From Klebsiella phage KPN8, in sequence record OP079919.1: a stretch of 64,000 nucleotides of DNA, one strand, 5' to 3'. Below, piece by piece: positions 1 through 8,195 of the stretch; position 1 is the stretch's first letter; each line of letters starts with the position of its first letter. A program made the translations under genes and the position numbers. Under the pieces are notes generated by a model, which saw nothing but the letters and a program-made list of their open reading frames with translations, ran no database searches and was not told the DNA's origin.

Positions 1-39
1 CAGGATATAATCTGTTAATTTAACTTTTGGAAACTCATC

Positions 40-534
40 ATGCTTTTAGACGAATGGGTCGGTGTTTTTAACTCGCTATCCTCGGATTTGAAAGGAAGGG
101 ATGTAGAGGGTTACATTTACTTGTTTGGAGATATCATTAACGGTTTGTTGTGGACGGGATTAGTAGGATGGTGGATATGGTTGGTGAAGGGACGTAAGAA
201 AAACAAACGAAGAGAAGAGAATGATTATAAGTTAGCGGAATTAATTGAGTCATTCCTTGTCTTTGAAGGCATTACGCCGGATAAGTATTCCATCCCCAAG
301 TTCCTAATAAAGAATGAGAAAGAACTCCTTATCGCACTAGACTACTTTTTAAGGAAGGACCCATTACTACGTAAGAAGCTGAGATTCAAGCGATTAGAAG
401 TTAAATTATCGGAGGATAAGATCAAAATAAGATTTAAGTCTATCTTTAGAGCTGGCGTATACGGCGTATCGGCCGATTCCTCAAGGTTACTAATCTTCTT
501 AGGCCTGTTACTGGAGAAAAATAAAAATGGTTGA
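40..534 (+). CDS. hypothetical protein with one internal hydrophobic segment (may be 5'-truncated by the window edge)
   Basis: Open frame of 164 aa, on the same strand as its neighbours. Hydrophobic stretch LLWTGLVGWWIWLV. Start not verified. Confidence 0.4.
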   Translation: MLLDEWVGVFNSLSSDLKGRDVEGYIYLFGDIINGLLWTGLVGWWIWLVKGRKKNKRREENDYKLAELIESFLVFEGITPDKYSIPKFLIKNEKELLIALDYFLRKDPLLRKKLRFKRLEVKLSEDKIKIRFKSIFRAGVYGVSADSSRLLIFLGLLLEKNKNG

Positions 535-612
535 ATTATCGTTACCTTCTATCGCATTTTAGGTGGACTCATCTAAGTTCTATTTCTAAGGCATACACTC
601 ATTAGGTAAATT

Positions 613-849
613 ATGAAACTCGAAGATTATCAGCATCACGTTTCCATTCTTCAACACGAAGATGGAAAAGAACTCCCTTATTTCAAACAAAAGACTTACT
701 GTAGTGACAAACCTGAACCTTGGATGTTCCAGGGAGCTGGACATGCCATACTGGCGATTTCTAATCAAAGCTATACACAACCATGTCCTGAGTGTATGAA
801 AGCTATACAGGGCGTTATAGATGGTTATTTGAAGGAAAACCAATCATGA
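613..849 (+). CDS. hypothetical small Cys-containing protein
   Basis: 78-aa ORF with a GGT-rich Shine-Dalgarno-like sequence upstream. The antisense ORF 586..843 was judged less likely. Confidence 0.4.
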   Translation: MKLEDYQHHVSILQHEDGKELPYFKQKTYCSDKPEPWMFQGAGHAILAISNQSYTQPCPECMKAIQGVIDGYLKENQS

Positions 850-938
850 GTAAAGCTTACTATAACGGTGTCAATCCTAATTTGATTTTCGCGCCGCGCG
901 TCATTTATTTGTTTTGATTTAGTTACGGAGTAAGTATA

Positions 939-1817
939 ATGAAAAAATTTAGGGCGGTCATCTCAGCTTCTCAGAGTAAAGAAAAATTAGAGCACAACGA
1001 AGATACTTGTTTGGTTGACTTAGGCGGAGTATCCGATCAACTTTTTAGTGAACGGTCTTTAGAGGCTTCTTTAGAGGCTTTAATTGAGAAAGGAGAGGTG
1101 GGGGAAATTATTACAGACCCCGTTTATTTCGATAACGAAGAATGTTTAAATAAACCCACTATCAGTTTCGAAACACTCTTTGCTTTCTTCACTGGAGGAT
1201 GGCAGTACGAACGCAAGGAAGGGTTTTATCACATTAGCGCCAAAATAAGATTCTTAAAGGAATATGAATCGCACTCTGAACTGGAGTTTATCCCCAGGGT
1301 GGTTTGTGACACGACTGGAAGACCAAAAATCGTTGCGTTTGATCTTAAACCAGGGGAATCTAAAATCGATCCATCAATTATTTCGGAGTGCAAAAATAAT
1401 TCCGCCGGATATGCTTTTGGCCGGACCGAGGTGAAGTCAGATTATTCAGTTATATTTATCTTGGGGTATTTCTGTAAAAAACGATGGAGTCGGGATGAGC
1501 TTATTAATGCGATGCGCTACCTTTGCGATAAAAAATCCGTTGGTGAGTTTGGCCGCCCTCCTACTGGAAGATCGAAAGAAAGATGGAGAAAAATTGATTT
1601 AGCTCTATCACTAGGATCCATTAAGGAGTTTCACATCGAAGATTATAGCGACGATGCGTTCGTTATTAAAGCGAAAATCGATTTTAATTTCCCTGTCGGG
1701 AAAGTCCCATGTTTTATTCGTCGGACACAATTCGTCTTCGCTCCTCGTGTCTCAGTATCGTCAGATTTCTATAAATATAATAGAACTCTTATTTGTTTCG
1801 ATCTCGTTCAGGTATAA
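939..1817 (+). CDS. hypothetical protein (292 aa)
   Basis: Long ORF. SD GGAGTAAG 8 nt upstream of the ATG. No recognisable motif. Confidence 0.55.
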   Translation: MKKFRAVISASQSKEKLEHNEDTCLVDLGGVSDQLFSERSLEASLEALIEKGEVGEIITDPVYFDNEECLNKPTISFETLFAFFTGGWQYERKEGFYHISAKIRFLKEYESHSELEFIPRVVCDTTGRPKIVAFDLKPGESKIDPSIISECKNNSAGYAFGRTEVKSDYSVIFILGYFCKKRWSRDELINAMRYLCDKKSVGEFGRPPTGRSKERWRKIDLALSLGSIKEFHIEDYSDDAFVIKAKIDFNFPVGKVPCFIRRTQFVFAPRVSVSSDFYKYNRTLICFDLVQV

Positions 1818-1917
1818 CCTATGGCCAAGCATAAGCTTTCTGATTTCTTTGATATCGCTGCGCTGTTCCTTTGCGTGACAATAGTTTTGATCGTTTTCTT
1901 TTACGCTATTATTAAAT

Positions 1918-2268
1918 ATGGATAAAATTACTATGTTTGACCTTATTAAACTTCTCGAGATCTTCCTGGGATTCTTTATTTGTATCTTACTGATCGTTCT
2001 GCTCGTCATAACGACACGTAAGAATAAACGCCCCCAACTCCCTCCTACGCATGAAACCCTTCGGTACATCATCTCTGGCGCCCTACAGACGGGAGTTTAT
2101 AATACTCCCGATCTTTATGTCGAGCTCGCCTTAAAGCTCTCTAAGGACTACGGAGAGCTCTTAAACGTTAAAATAGAGTACGACCATTTATCGTCGTCTA
2201 GCCATAAAACGTTTTATATAAAGGATTATACACTTAAACGAGTTTACCCGCTAACCTTTAACGCATAA
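1918..2268 (+). CDS. hypothetical membrane protein (N-terminal TM helix)
   Basis: 116-aa ORF. N-terminal hydrophobic segment LGFFICILLIVLLVITT. Followed by a terminator hairpin. Confidence 0.5.
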   Translation: MDKITMFDLIKLLEIFLGFFICILLIVLLVITTRKNKRPQLPPTHETLRYIISGALQTGVYNTPDLYVELALKLSKDYGELLNVKIEYDHLSSSSHKTFYIKDYTLKRVYPLTFNA

Positions 2269-2280
2269 AACGTTGATCTA

Positions 2281-2308
2281 CTCCCTCTCCCTATTACGGG
2301 AGAGGGAG
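2281..2308 (+). terminator. rho-independent terminator hairpin (CTCCCTCTCCC-TATTAC-GGGAGAGGGAG) plus T-rich tail
   Basis: Perfect 11-bp inverted repeat directly after the stop of ORF 1918..2268. Confidence 0.6.
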
Positions 2309-2644
2309 TACTCTTATGAATTTATTTTTAGTTAATTAATGTTAAACCTAGGATATTATAGTATAATTAGCTCTAGCGCTATATATTAGGCCGAAGGCCT
2401 AAAGGGTTAGGGTAAGTCAATTCGTTCGTTTCAGCATCAATCAAGGTATTCGCTACGCTCATACTTTCTTATGCTTACACTCACCCATGCAACCTGGAGA
2501 GAAACCCCGACTGAACAAAGTTGTTTATTCCTTCTCAGGGGAATAAACAGTTCGTCGGCTAAAGACATAGGATGTTTTATGATCAGTAAAGAAATACGAT
2601 AATCTAAACTTATTAGTTCAAACACTGTAATCTAGGAGATAACC

Positions 2645-2761
2645 ATGAATATCATAATGCCATTAAAGCTACTCGGAGGGTTACTTATCCTGGGAGTGGG
2701 TTTTGGATTACTGGTTTATCTCATTGTTAAACTCTCCGTTAAAATGGCGTATAAAAAATGA
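2645..2761 (+). CDS. 38-aa hydrophobic micro-protein (MNIIMPLKLLGGLLILGVGFGLLVYLIVKLSVKMAYKK)
   Basis: Below the ORF-track cut-off. SD TAGGAGAT 5 nt upstream of the ATG. Its stop TGA overlaps the ATG of the downstream gene (ATGA at 2758). Single predicted TM helix. Confidence 0.45.
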   Translation: MNIIMPLKLLGGLLILGVGFGLLVYLIVKLSVKMAYKK

Positions 2762-3225
2762 GTGAAGAAGAGCTGTCATTAGGTTATATTTCGGTTAAAG
2801 TCATTCCCACTCAGGAAGGGATTCTTAAAGATAAGGTGTTGGATGCAGGCTGTCTTCCGTTAGATGAAGGGTCGTACCACGCTACGCTTATTTTTGATAT
2901 TCATCAGGATGGCGTCATTCCCAACGTACCTATGATTCCTGAAAAGATCTTCGAGGGAAAGGTTATCGGAATCAAGGAACTCGGAGAGCGTAAAGGAGAT
3001 ATTATCTCAGCCGTTGTACTCGAACTGGATTCTCCTGAACTGGCAGAAGAACACGATCGGTTAATACAATGTGGGTATGGTCATTCCTATCCGGATTACA
3101 TCCCCCATATTTCGCTCGCTTACAAGGTCACAGAAGAGCAAATGGAAGATCTCAAACGACAGTGTGAGTCGCTTATTGGTAAAACGTTCTACTTATCCGG
3201 AGAAAGCATCGACTGGATAGATTAA
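2758..3225 (+). CDS. 2H-phosphoesterase superfamily protein (LigT/CPDase-like; Acb1-like candidate)
   Basis: 155 aa with two H-x-T/S-x motifs flanked by hydrophobic residues (YHATLIF near residue 51, PHISLAY near residue 117). Spacing is about 66 aa, typical of the 2H fold. Confidence 0.6.
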   Translation: MSEEELSLGYISVKVIPTQEGILKDKVLDAGCLPLDEGSYHATLIFDIHQDGVIPNVPMIPEKIFEGKVIGIKELGERKGDIISAVVLELDSPELAEEHDRLIQCGYGHSYPDYIPHISLAYKVTEEQMEDLKRQCESLIGKTFYLSGESIDWID

Positions 3226-3238
3226 GAGGTAAAGGGGT

Positions 3239-3667
3239 ATGCCTGATAAACTTACTGTATCACTTTTTAAGCTTATAAAAAACCACACTGGGTTAACGTT
3301 AAAGGAAGGCGAATTCTCTTTAACGGGAGAAAGACCCTTTTGGTTCAGAATACCTCCTTTTCCCCTTAACCCTAGTTCAAGAGAGAGATTGAGAGATCTC
3401 TTTCAAGATAACTTTGATGTGACTGTAGTTGATTATGTTGACGATTACCAGATCATATTCAGCCAAATTGAACCAACAACTTCTCGTCGTATAAAACGCG
3501 TCAGGAACATCCTAGATGTGTTAGAAAGAGAGTACGGTAGAAACTGTCTCAGACCAGAAACCGGTAGAATCTTGAGCGGATATTACTCTACCCATAAAGA
3601 CAGAATAGAACAGGAAGAACTTGCTTATAATAAAAAGATTTTAAATGAAGCGTTACGAAGACGTTAA
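3239..3667 (+). CDS. hypothetical protein
   Basis: 142-aa ORF. SD GAGGTAAAGGGG upstream. Confidence 0.5.
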   Translation: MPDKLTVSLFKLIKNHTGLTLKEGEFSLTGERPFWFRIPPFPLNPSSRERLRDLFQDNFDVTVVDYVDDYQIIFSQIEPTTSRRIKRVRNILDVLEREYGRNCLRPETGRILSGYYSTHKDRIEQEELAYNKKILNEALRRR

Positions 3668-3708
3668 TCTTATGCAATATTTTTAATCTTAAAACGTGGG
3701 GTGGGTAA

Positions 3709-4029
3709 ATGACGTACAATGAAGTCGAGAAATATCTGGAAATGGGAGAGGCCGTCTCTAGGCGTAGTTGGAAAGCGAACGAAGCGGTTTATTTAGAGCC
3801 GACGACGTTACTTAATCCAGCGCACTATCCTGAGTGTTTAAAAGCCGCAGGTATTAACTCCCTTTTGAGAGTCGATCGACATTTAGTGCGTGTTACCGCG
3901 AGTAACACTGTTGAGCGTTTTATTCCCAACTTTGTAGAAAGAAACGAAAACGATTGGTACGTTAAAAGTTATACCTTCGAACAAAATAAAGCATTACCAG
4001 AACATAATCAAGCACAAGAAGTCGCATAA
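3709..4029 (+). CDS. DUF2829-like protein (Tad2-like candidate)
   Basis: N-terminal MTYNEVEKYLEMGEAVSRRSWK fits the DUF2829 N-terminal signature (F/Y-x-E-A/V-x-x-x-L-x-x-G-x-x-V-x-R-x-x-W). C-terminal FIPNFVERNENDWYV fits the DUF2829 C-terminal W/F-x-P-S/N-x-x-D-x-x-A/N-x-D-W-x-V signature. Confidence 0.55.
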   Translation: MTYNEVEKYLEMGEAVSRRSWKANEAVYLEPTTLLNPAHYPECLKAAGINSLLRVDRHLVRVTASNTVERFIPNFVERNENDWYVKSYTFEQNKALPEHNQAQEVA

Positions 4030-4034
4030 TAACA

Positions 4035-4045
4035 CCCCCCCCCCC
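4035..4045. repeat. C11 homopolymer tract
   Basis: Eleven consecutive C read directly. Intergenic, between the stop of 3709..4029 and the terminator hairpin. Confidence 0.9.
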
Positions 4046-4060
4046 TACACTTAGATTTTA

Positions 4061-4089
4061 ACCAGGAGAGGCGTAAGCCTCTCCTGGTT
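4061..4089 (+). terminator. rho-independent terminator (ACCAGGAGAGGC-GTAA-GCCTCTCCTGGT) plus TTATTTTA
   Basis: 12-bp perfect inverted repeat followed by a T-run. Confidence 0.65.
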
Positions 4090-4163
4090 TATTTTACATG
4101 TATTCTTTTTTGGATCGATATTATTTATGTGTAAACCTCAATAACTTTTTAGGAATCAACATC

Positions 4164-4379
4164 ATGAACGGTCTTTTTGGAACAGGTTGTTTGCTGTTAG
4201 GTGCTGCAGTGTATTTCTTCCTGAAGTACCTGGAACTGCGTAAAGATTTTAAAGAGAATAAGATTAAAGACAAGGGTCGGGCGTCTGGGTATAAAAATGC
4301 CTATTTCTCTTTAACCATTTGTGTTTTGGGTCTGGGTGTCTTTTTAATGGTTAATGGGACTCTGTTGGAGATCAGATAA
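4164..4379 (+). CDS. small membrane protein (two predicted TM segments)
   Basis: Start chosen at the ATG preceded by the TTTTTAGGAATCAACATCATG motif. This is an in-frame later start within track ORF 4098..4379. Confidence 0.5.
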   Translation: MNGLFGTGCLLLGAAVYFFLKYLELRKDFKENKIKDKGRASGYKNAYFSLTICVLGLGVFLMVNGTLLEIR

Positions 4380-4846
4380 TGGATATCGTTATGCTGACCG
4401 ACGCAGAAACAGTTTTGGATGTCGTCGATGCAGAGGAATACTATCTTCCTACGGGAATTATGCGGCATTGGATACAGATGGCTATCCGAAGAGGGCCTGG
4501 GCATTGTAGGGCGTTTTGGTTTGAAGGCGGGATCTTTGTTTTGACCAAAATACCCTTAACAGGTAATAATACATGGAACGCTTCGATTTGGATTTCTGAA
4601 GATTACAGGCGAAAGGGACTGGCCAAGCGAATAACAGTTTTGGCTTTGGATATGTTCAGACTGGCTAACGCGACTCTACGTTTCCATCCTTGGGATCAGC
4701 GTAGCGTTGCATTCTTTTCTAATTTGGTTAACGAGGGATTGTTGACCGGGAAGAATTTTGGGGATATTGGGTCCAGACGTCTTTTATCGTCTGAACTCCT
4801 TAAAGATCCGGAAACCTTTACATCCCAGCGCGTTGAGCTGGTTTAA
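4379..4846 (+). CDS. probable GNAT-family N-acetyltransferase
   Basis: Motif-A-like YRRKGLAKRITVLAL. ATG overlaps the upstream stop (TAATGG). Confidence 0.4.
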   Translation: MDIVMLTDAETVLDVVDAEEYYLPTGIMRHWIQMAIRRGPGHCRAFWFEGGIFVLTKIPLTGNNTWNASIWISEDYRRKGLAKRITVLALDMFRLANATLRFHPWDQRSVAFFSNLVNEGLLTGKNFGDIGSRRLLSSELLKDPETFTSQRVELV

Positions 4847-4870
4847 TCTTTCATAGTAAGAGGTAATAAA

Positions 4871-5251
4871 ATGGACCGTAACGAATTAGCGATTATTCTC
4901 ATCGATCAACTTAACAAATTCCTTTACCCTAAACTTGAGAAAACCAATATGACGAAATTTTGTCTATTGGGAACGCTGAGCCTTGAGGTCGTCACCGGTC
5001 AGTTTTATGATCATAAAACATGCGTGGGGTCGGAGGATATCCTTGCATTGCTCAAAGAGCACGGGATTAACGACGATGGATTCTTAAGCGTAGAAAAACG
5101 ACTATCGGCCTTTGGCGATATTCTGACTTCCTATTCTTATAGAGTTCTAGGGGATCGTTATGGTGATGCTTTTGTTACCGTGAATTTCAATTTGAATTTA
5201 ACTAATCTTAACATGCTTGAGTTCGCTAATGAACTCGCGCGCTACGAATAA
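4871..5251 (+). CDS. hypothetical protein
   Basis: 126-aa ORF. SD AGAGGTAATAAA upstream. Confidence 0.5.
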   Translation: MDRNELAIILIDQLNKFLYPKLEKTNMTKFCLLGTLSLEVVTGQFYDHKTCVGSEDILALLKEHGINDDGFLSVEKRLSAFGDILTSYSYRVLGDRYGDAFVTVNFNLNLTNLNMLEFANELARYE

Positions 5252-5280
5252 ATCATAATCCCGTCAATTTATTTTATACT

Positions 5281-5299
5281 TTTAGGAAACACCATCATG
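5281..5299 (+). promoter_or_regulatory. representative instance of the recurrent translation-initiation motif TTTAGGAAAC-ACC-ATCATG
   Basis: Same motif at more than 20 gene starts (see findings). Confidence 0.6.
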
Positions 5300-6052
5300 A
5301 ACATCAATCAACTGCCAGAGAATCATCACGTCATTTCTTCTATGGTCAATCCGTTTGACCCTAACGAAGAATTGTTCTTCGTTACCCATCCTCGTGTAAA
5401 TACTTACCTGGATCTTGATGTTTGGTTCTGCGATATGGGTACTGGAGACATGAGGGTAATCGAGTCTTACAGTAAAGTATCCGACGTTCGGCTGCTTGGT
5501 TATATGGAAGGGCACGTTGCTAACAATCCGGATCAATTTCTTTACCCCACAGTTATTACCCCTCTTAGCCTGCGAGAGACTGAGATGGTCGTAGATGGCG
5601 TTCTCGGCGCTTTCAATCCTTCACCTCTTGAAAGAGCTAACGCCAGTAAATCTCTTCATCACCCTTCGCCAGAGGAAATATCCGATGGGGCATTTAAGGA
5701 GTACGAAGCGAGGAAAGCGGCTTTGAAAGAACTGCTGGAAAGCGGAGGTGAGATTAAACCAATTCCGAAAACGGTTTACTACACTAAAGAGTTTTCTGAT
5801 GCTTTAGAGGGCGTCCGCGCTGAACAGAGAGAGGCGACTGACCAACAAAGTTCCAAAATCCCCACTGAGTCTAGCGTAACCGTGACTGACCTTGGTGACG
5901 GATTTTCACGGATAGAAAAAGTAATCGGGGGAAGAACCTTGGTAAGTTACGATGAAAAGGCTCACATTCCTTTTCCAAGAAAGCGTAAGCCCAAGAAACC
6001 CAACCATAATCTTAACGCGATCATGGGTTTGTTAGCGAGGGCCAAGAAGTGA
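5297..6052 (+). CDS. hypothetical protein with basic C-terminal tail (PRKRKPKKPNHN)
   Basis: 251-aa ORF preceded by the TTTTAGGAAACACCATCATG motif. Confidence 0.55.
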   Translation: MNINQLPENHHVISSMVNPFDPNEELFFVTHPRVNTYLDLDVWFCDMGTGDMRVIESYSKVSDVRLLGYMEGHVANNPDQFLYPTVITPLSLRETEMVVDGVLGAFNPSPLERANASKSLHHPSPEEISDGAFKEYEARKAALKELLESGGEIKPIPKTVYYTKEFSDALEGVRAEQREATDQQSSKIPTESSVTVTDLGDGFSRIEKVIGGRTLVSYDEKAHIPFPRKRKPKKPNHNLNAIMGLLARAKK

Positions 6053-6423
6053 CAGAAACGTATCAGAGTTGGGCCGCTGAGTTTAAAAAATCCGTCAGCG
6101 AGCTCAAAGAAGTCGAATCGGCCGGCTACGGCAAATATCGTTTAGGGGTGCAGGATCCGCCAGGAAAGCCCTACGTTCTGGTGGAAGTAAAAACTTCCGA
6201 TTGCGCGTACACACCCAACTATTCGTTGGATCTTGTGAAAACGATTAAGATTCCAAAACCTAAAGGGTTGCGGTTATCGGTAGAACGTCGTATTCGGTTA
6301 GTGGGATATCTTTTAGAAATCGGCGTGTTTGATTTACTCACTCAGGCCGAATGGGGGATGATCTTTAATGTCTCTCGTGGATCCATTTGGCATTATAAGA
6401 AACAGAACGAGGAATTGCTATGA
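6049..6423 (+). CDS. hypothetical protein, possible C-terminal HTH
   Basis: Start overlaps the upstream stop (GTGACAG). C-terminal LTQAEWGMIFNVSRGSIWHY looks helix-turn-helix-like. Confidence 0.45.
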   Translation: MTETYQSWAAEFKKSVSELKEVESAGYGKYRLGVQDPPGKPYVLVEVKTSDCAYTPNYSLDLVKTIKIPKPKGLRLSVERRIRLVGYLLEIGVFDLLTQAEWGMIFNVSRGSIWHYKKQNEELL

Positions 6424-6734
6424 AGATTTATGCTGTAGTTAGCAAGGAAACCGATAATGTGATCGCTAAGTTTCTCGATCACGGGACGGAGAAAATCAAG
6501 TTCAATGGGATCAAATTGGGTATCCTGGATCAACAGGTTCAGCCTGATGAAAGAGAGTTGCTGAAAGTTGTAGAGGTTTATCTTTCGTCGTCAAAAGGAA
6601 AGATGGATCAGACGAAACAACTCGATCCAGACACGTTTATTGTTGAGACGCTCAGTTATTATGAGGAGGTCGATTTTGTCTATCTATCTCGTAACCCTGA
6701 GCATGACATCGCTCTGTGCACACCAAAGGAATAA
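6420..6734 (+). CDS. hypothetical protein
   Basis: ATGA overlap with the upstream gene. Confidence 0.5.
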   Translation: MKIYAVVSKETDNVIAKFLDHGTEKIKFNGIKLGILDQQVQPDERELLKVVEVYLSSSKGKMDQTKQLDPDTFIVETLSYYEEVDFVYLSRNPEHDIALCTPKE

Positions 6735-6736
6735 CG

Positions 6737-7102
6737 ATGCCCGAGATTGTAACCGCTTTTAGTGCTTGGGAATCGAAGTTCGTTTCCAGTTTAAATGAAA
6801 TGGAAAATTTTCTGAAGACTCCACCCGAACACACCAAAATCGAATCGACGATCAAAGGGACTAAACACGGTGTTTGGATTACGTTACTTTATTTCAAAGA
6901 CCGGGACGTTGTTCTAGGGAGAAGTTTCTCTATCACCAAGTGCCCTATCTACGTTGCGAATAACGTCGTGAGAACCAAACTGATTCGTCATATCGCCGAC
7001 CGTGGATTAGAGTCAATTGTTTCGATGACTCGGTGGGGTGGTATCTTAGGAATGAGTTCCGCCACCACCATTCGATGTTTTAAAGAAACTAAAGCACAAT
7101 AA
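6737..7102 (+). CDS. hypothetical protein
   Basis: Start placed at an ATG with AAGGAA SD 6 nt upstream. The track ORF begins 21 nt earlier, inside the previous gene. Confidence 0.45.
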   Translation: MPEIVTAFSAWESKFVSSLNEMENFLKTPPEHTKIESTIKGTKHGVWITLLYFKDRDVVLGRSFSITKCPIYVANNVVRTKLIRHIADRGLESIVSMTRWGGILGMSSATTIRCFKETKAQ

Positions 7103-7133
7103 CCTTTCAATACCTTTATTTAGGAAAAATATC

Positions 7134-7661
7134 ATGGCCAAACATTTTGCAGAAGATTTTAAATTAATGTTAGATCTTCACCAGCGCGTACCAGTTGAAG
7201 TACTCAGGGCCTCAGACCAGGTTAAAGCCGCAGTTAAGGTTATCGTAGACACTGTGTCTAAAATCAACGAAGCTCACCCTAGCAAACTCTTACAATCAGG
7301 GTTTGTTATCACGGGATCTCATATTGCAAAAAATACTGATTTTGTTATTGAGCAAACCGAACTTAAGTTGGCATTATCAGAAATAGTGAGTTCTTCTTGT
7401 TACCGTGTAAAGATTGATCTGGTGAACACGAAAAATGACCGTCCTTCCTCGGCGGACCACCACATCTTATCCGAAGCTATTTTACTAGCTTTGGATATTT
7501 ATGCGGTCTCCCCCTCTGGGGTTAGAGTGAATGATAAACCTAAACCCAGCCTGTGTTTAGCAAATCATTTACAAGAAAGTTTTAAAATGTATTCTTGCGA
7601 AGCTTTCGTTAATATCAACCCCTACGCGATAGACATCCTCTTCCCTATCGTTTCATTATAA
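7134..7661 (+). CDS. hypothetical protein
   Basis: Preceded by the TTTATTTAGGAAAAATATCATG motif. Confidence 0.55.
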   Translation: MAKHFAEDFKLMLDLHQRVPVEVLRASDQVKAAVKVIVDTVSKINEAHPSKLLQSGFVITGSHIAKNTDFVIEQTELKLALSEIVSSSCYRVKIDLVNTKNDRPSSADHHILSEAILLALDIYAVSPSGVRVNDKPKPSLCLANHLQESFKMYSCEAFVNINPYAIDILFPIVSL

Positions 7662-7692
7662 TCAAAAATCTCCGTACCCTACCTAAATAAGG

Positions 7693-8046
7693 ATGAAGAA
7701 AATGAGTACATTTCTGTTAGTTGTATCCGGCTGGTTCGCTCTGTCTATTATCTGTGTCGCTGGCTACTCCTTCGTAAGAGAGGGGTGGAAAAAAGAAGAT
7801 CTCTCTTGGTCGGAGTTTATTAAACAAAGCACGATCTGCGCTAACGTCATTAAAGACAAAGCGGCGCATAAACCTCACGATGTGACTCTGGGGGATTTCT
7901 TAAGCTCCGAAGAAGTTAAACCCTGGTTAAAAGGTTTTGACTACGACGTTGAAGAGAAAACCGATTCTTACGTTATTACGTTGAGAACCCCGGCGCACGC
8001 AAGAGATTTCCTGTTACCACGACAGTTGTTTCCTAATGCCGCATAA
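7693..8046 (+). CDS. hypothetical membrane-anchored protein
   Basis: N-terminal TM segment TFLLVVSGWFALSIICVAGY. SD AAGGATGAAG upstream. Confidence 0.5.
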   Translation: MKKMSTFLLVVSGWFALSIICVAGYSFVREGWKKEDLSWSEFIKQSTICANVIKDKAAHKPHDVTLGDFLSSEEVKPWLKGFDYDVEEKTDSYVITLRTPAHARDFLLPRQLFPNAA

Positions 8047-8052
8047 AACAGT

Positions 8053-8103
8053 ATAGTCCATCCCCTAGGGGATGGACTATACTCAACATTTCATTTTTTT
8101 TTT
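8053..8103 (+). terminator. rho-independent terminator (TATAGTCCATCCCC-TA-GGGGATGGACTATA) followed by a T10 run
   Basis: 14-bp perfect inverted repeat, then TTTCATTTTTTTTTT. Confidence 0.75.
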
Positions 8104-8195
8104 CACTAACGAATTTTATGCTTTGAAAACCGAGTATGTGGGACGCCGCATAAACGTAATCATACATGTATGCTTATTGGTGAATAGAGGACGCT

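Noticed and set aside
1770-1777. TATAAATA (T4 late-promoter consensus) inside the 3' end of ORF 939..1817
   Set aside because: Only a single occurrence in 64 kb, so not evidence for a T4-type late promoter class here.
4035-4045. Homopolymer tracts (C11, C9, T10) as programmed frameshift sites within genes
   Set aside because: All three lie in non-coding spacers, so they cannot mediate coding frameshifts.
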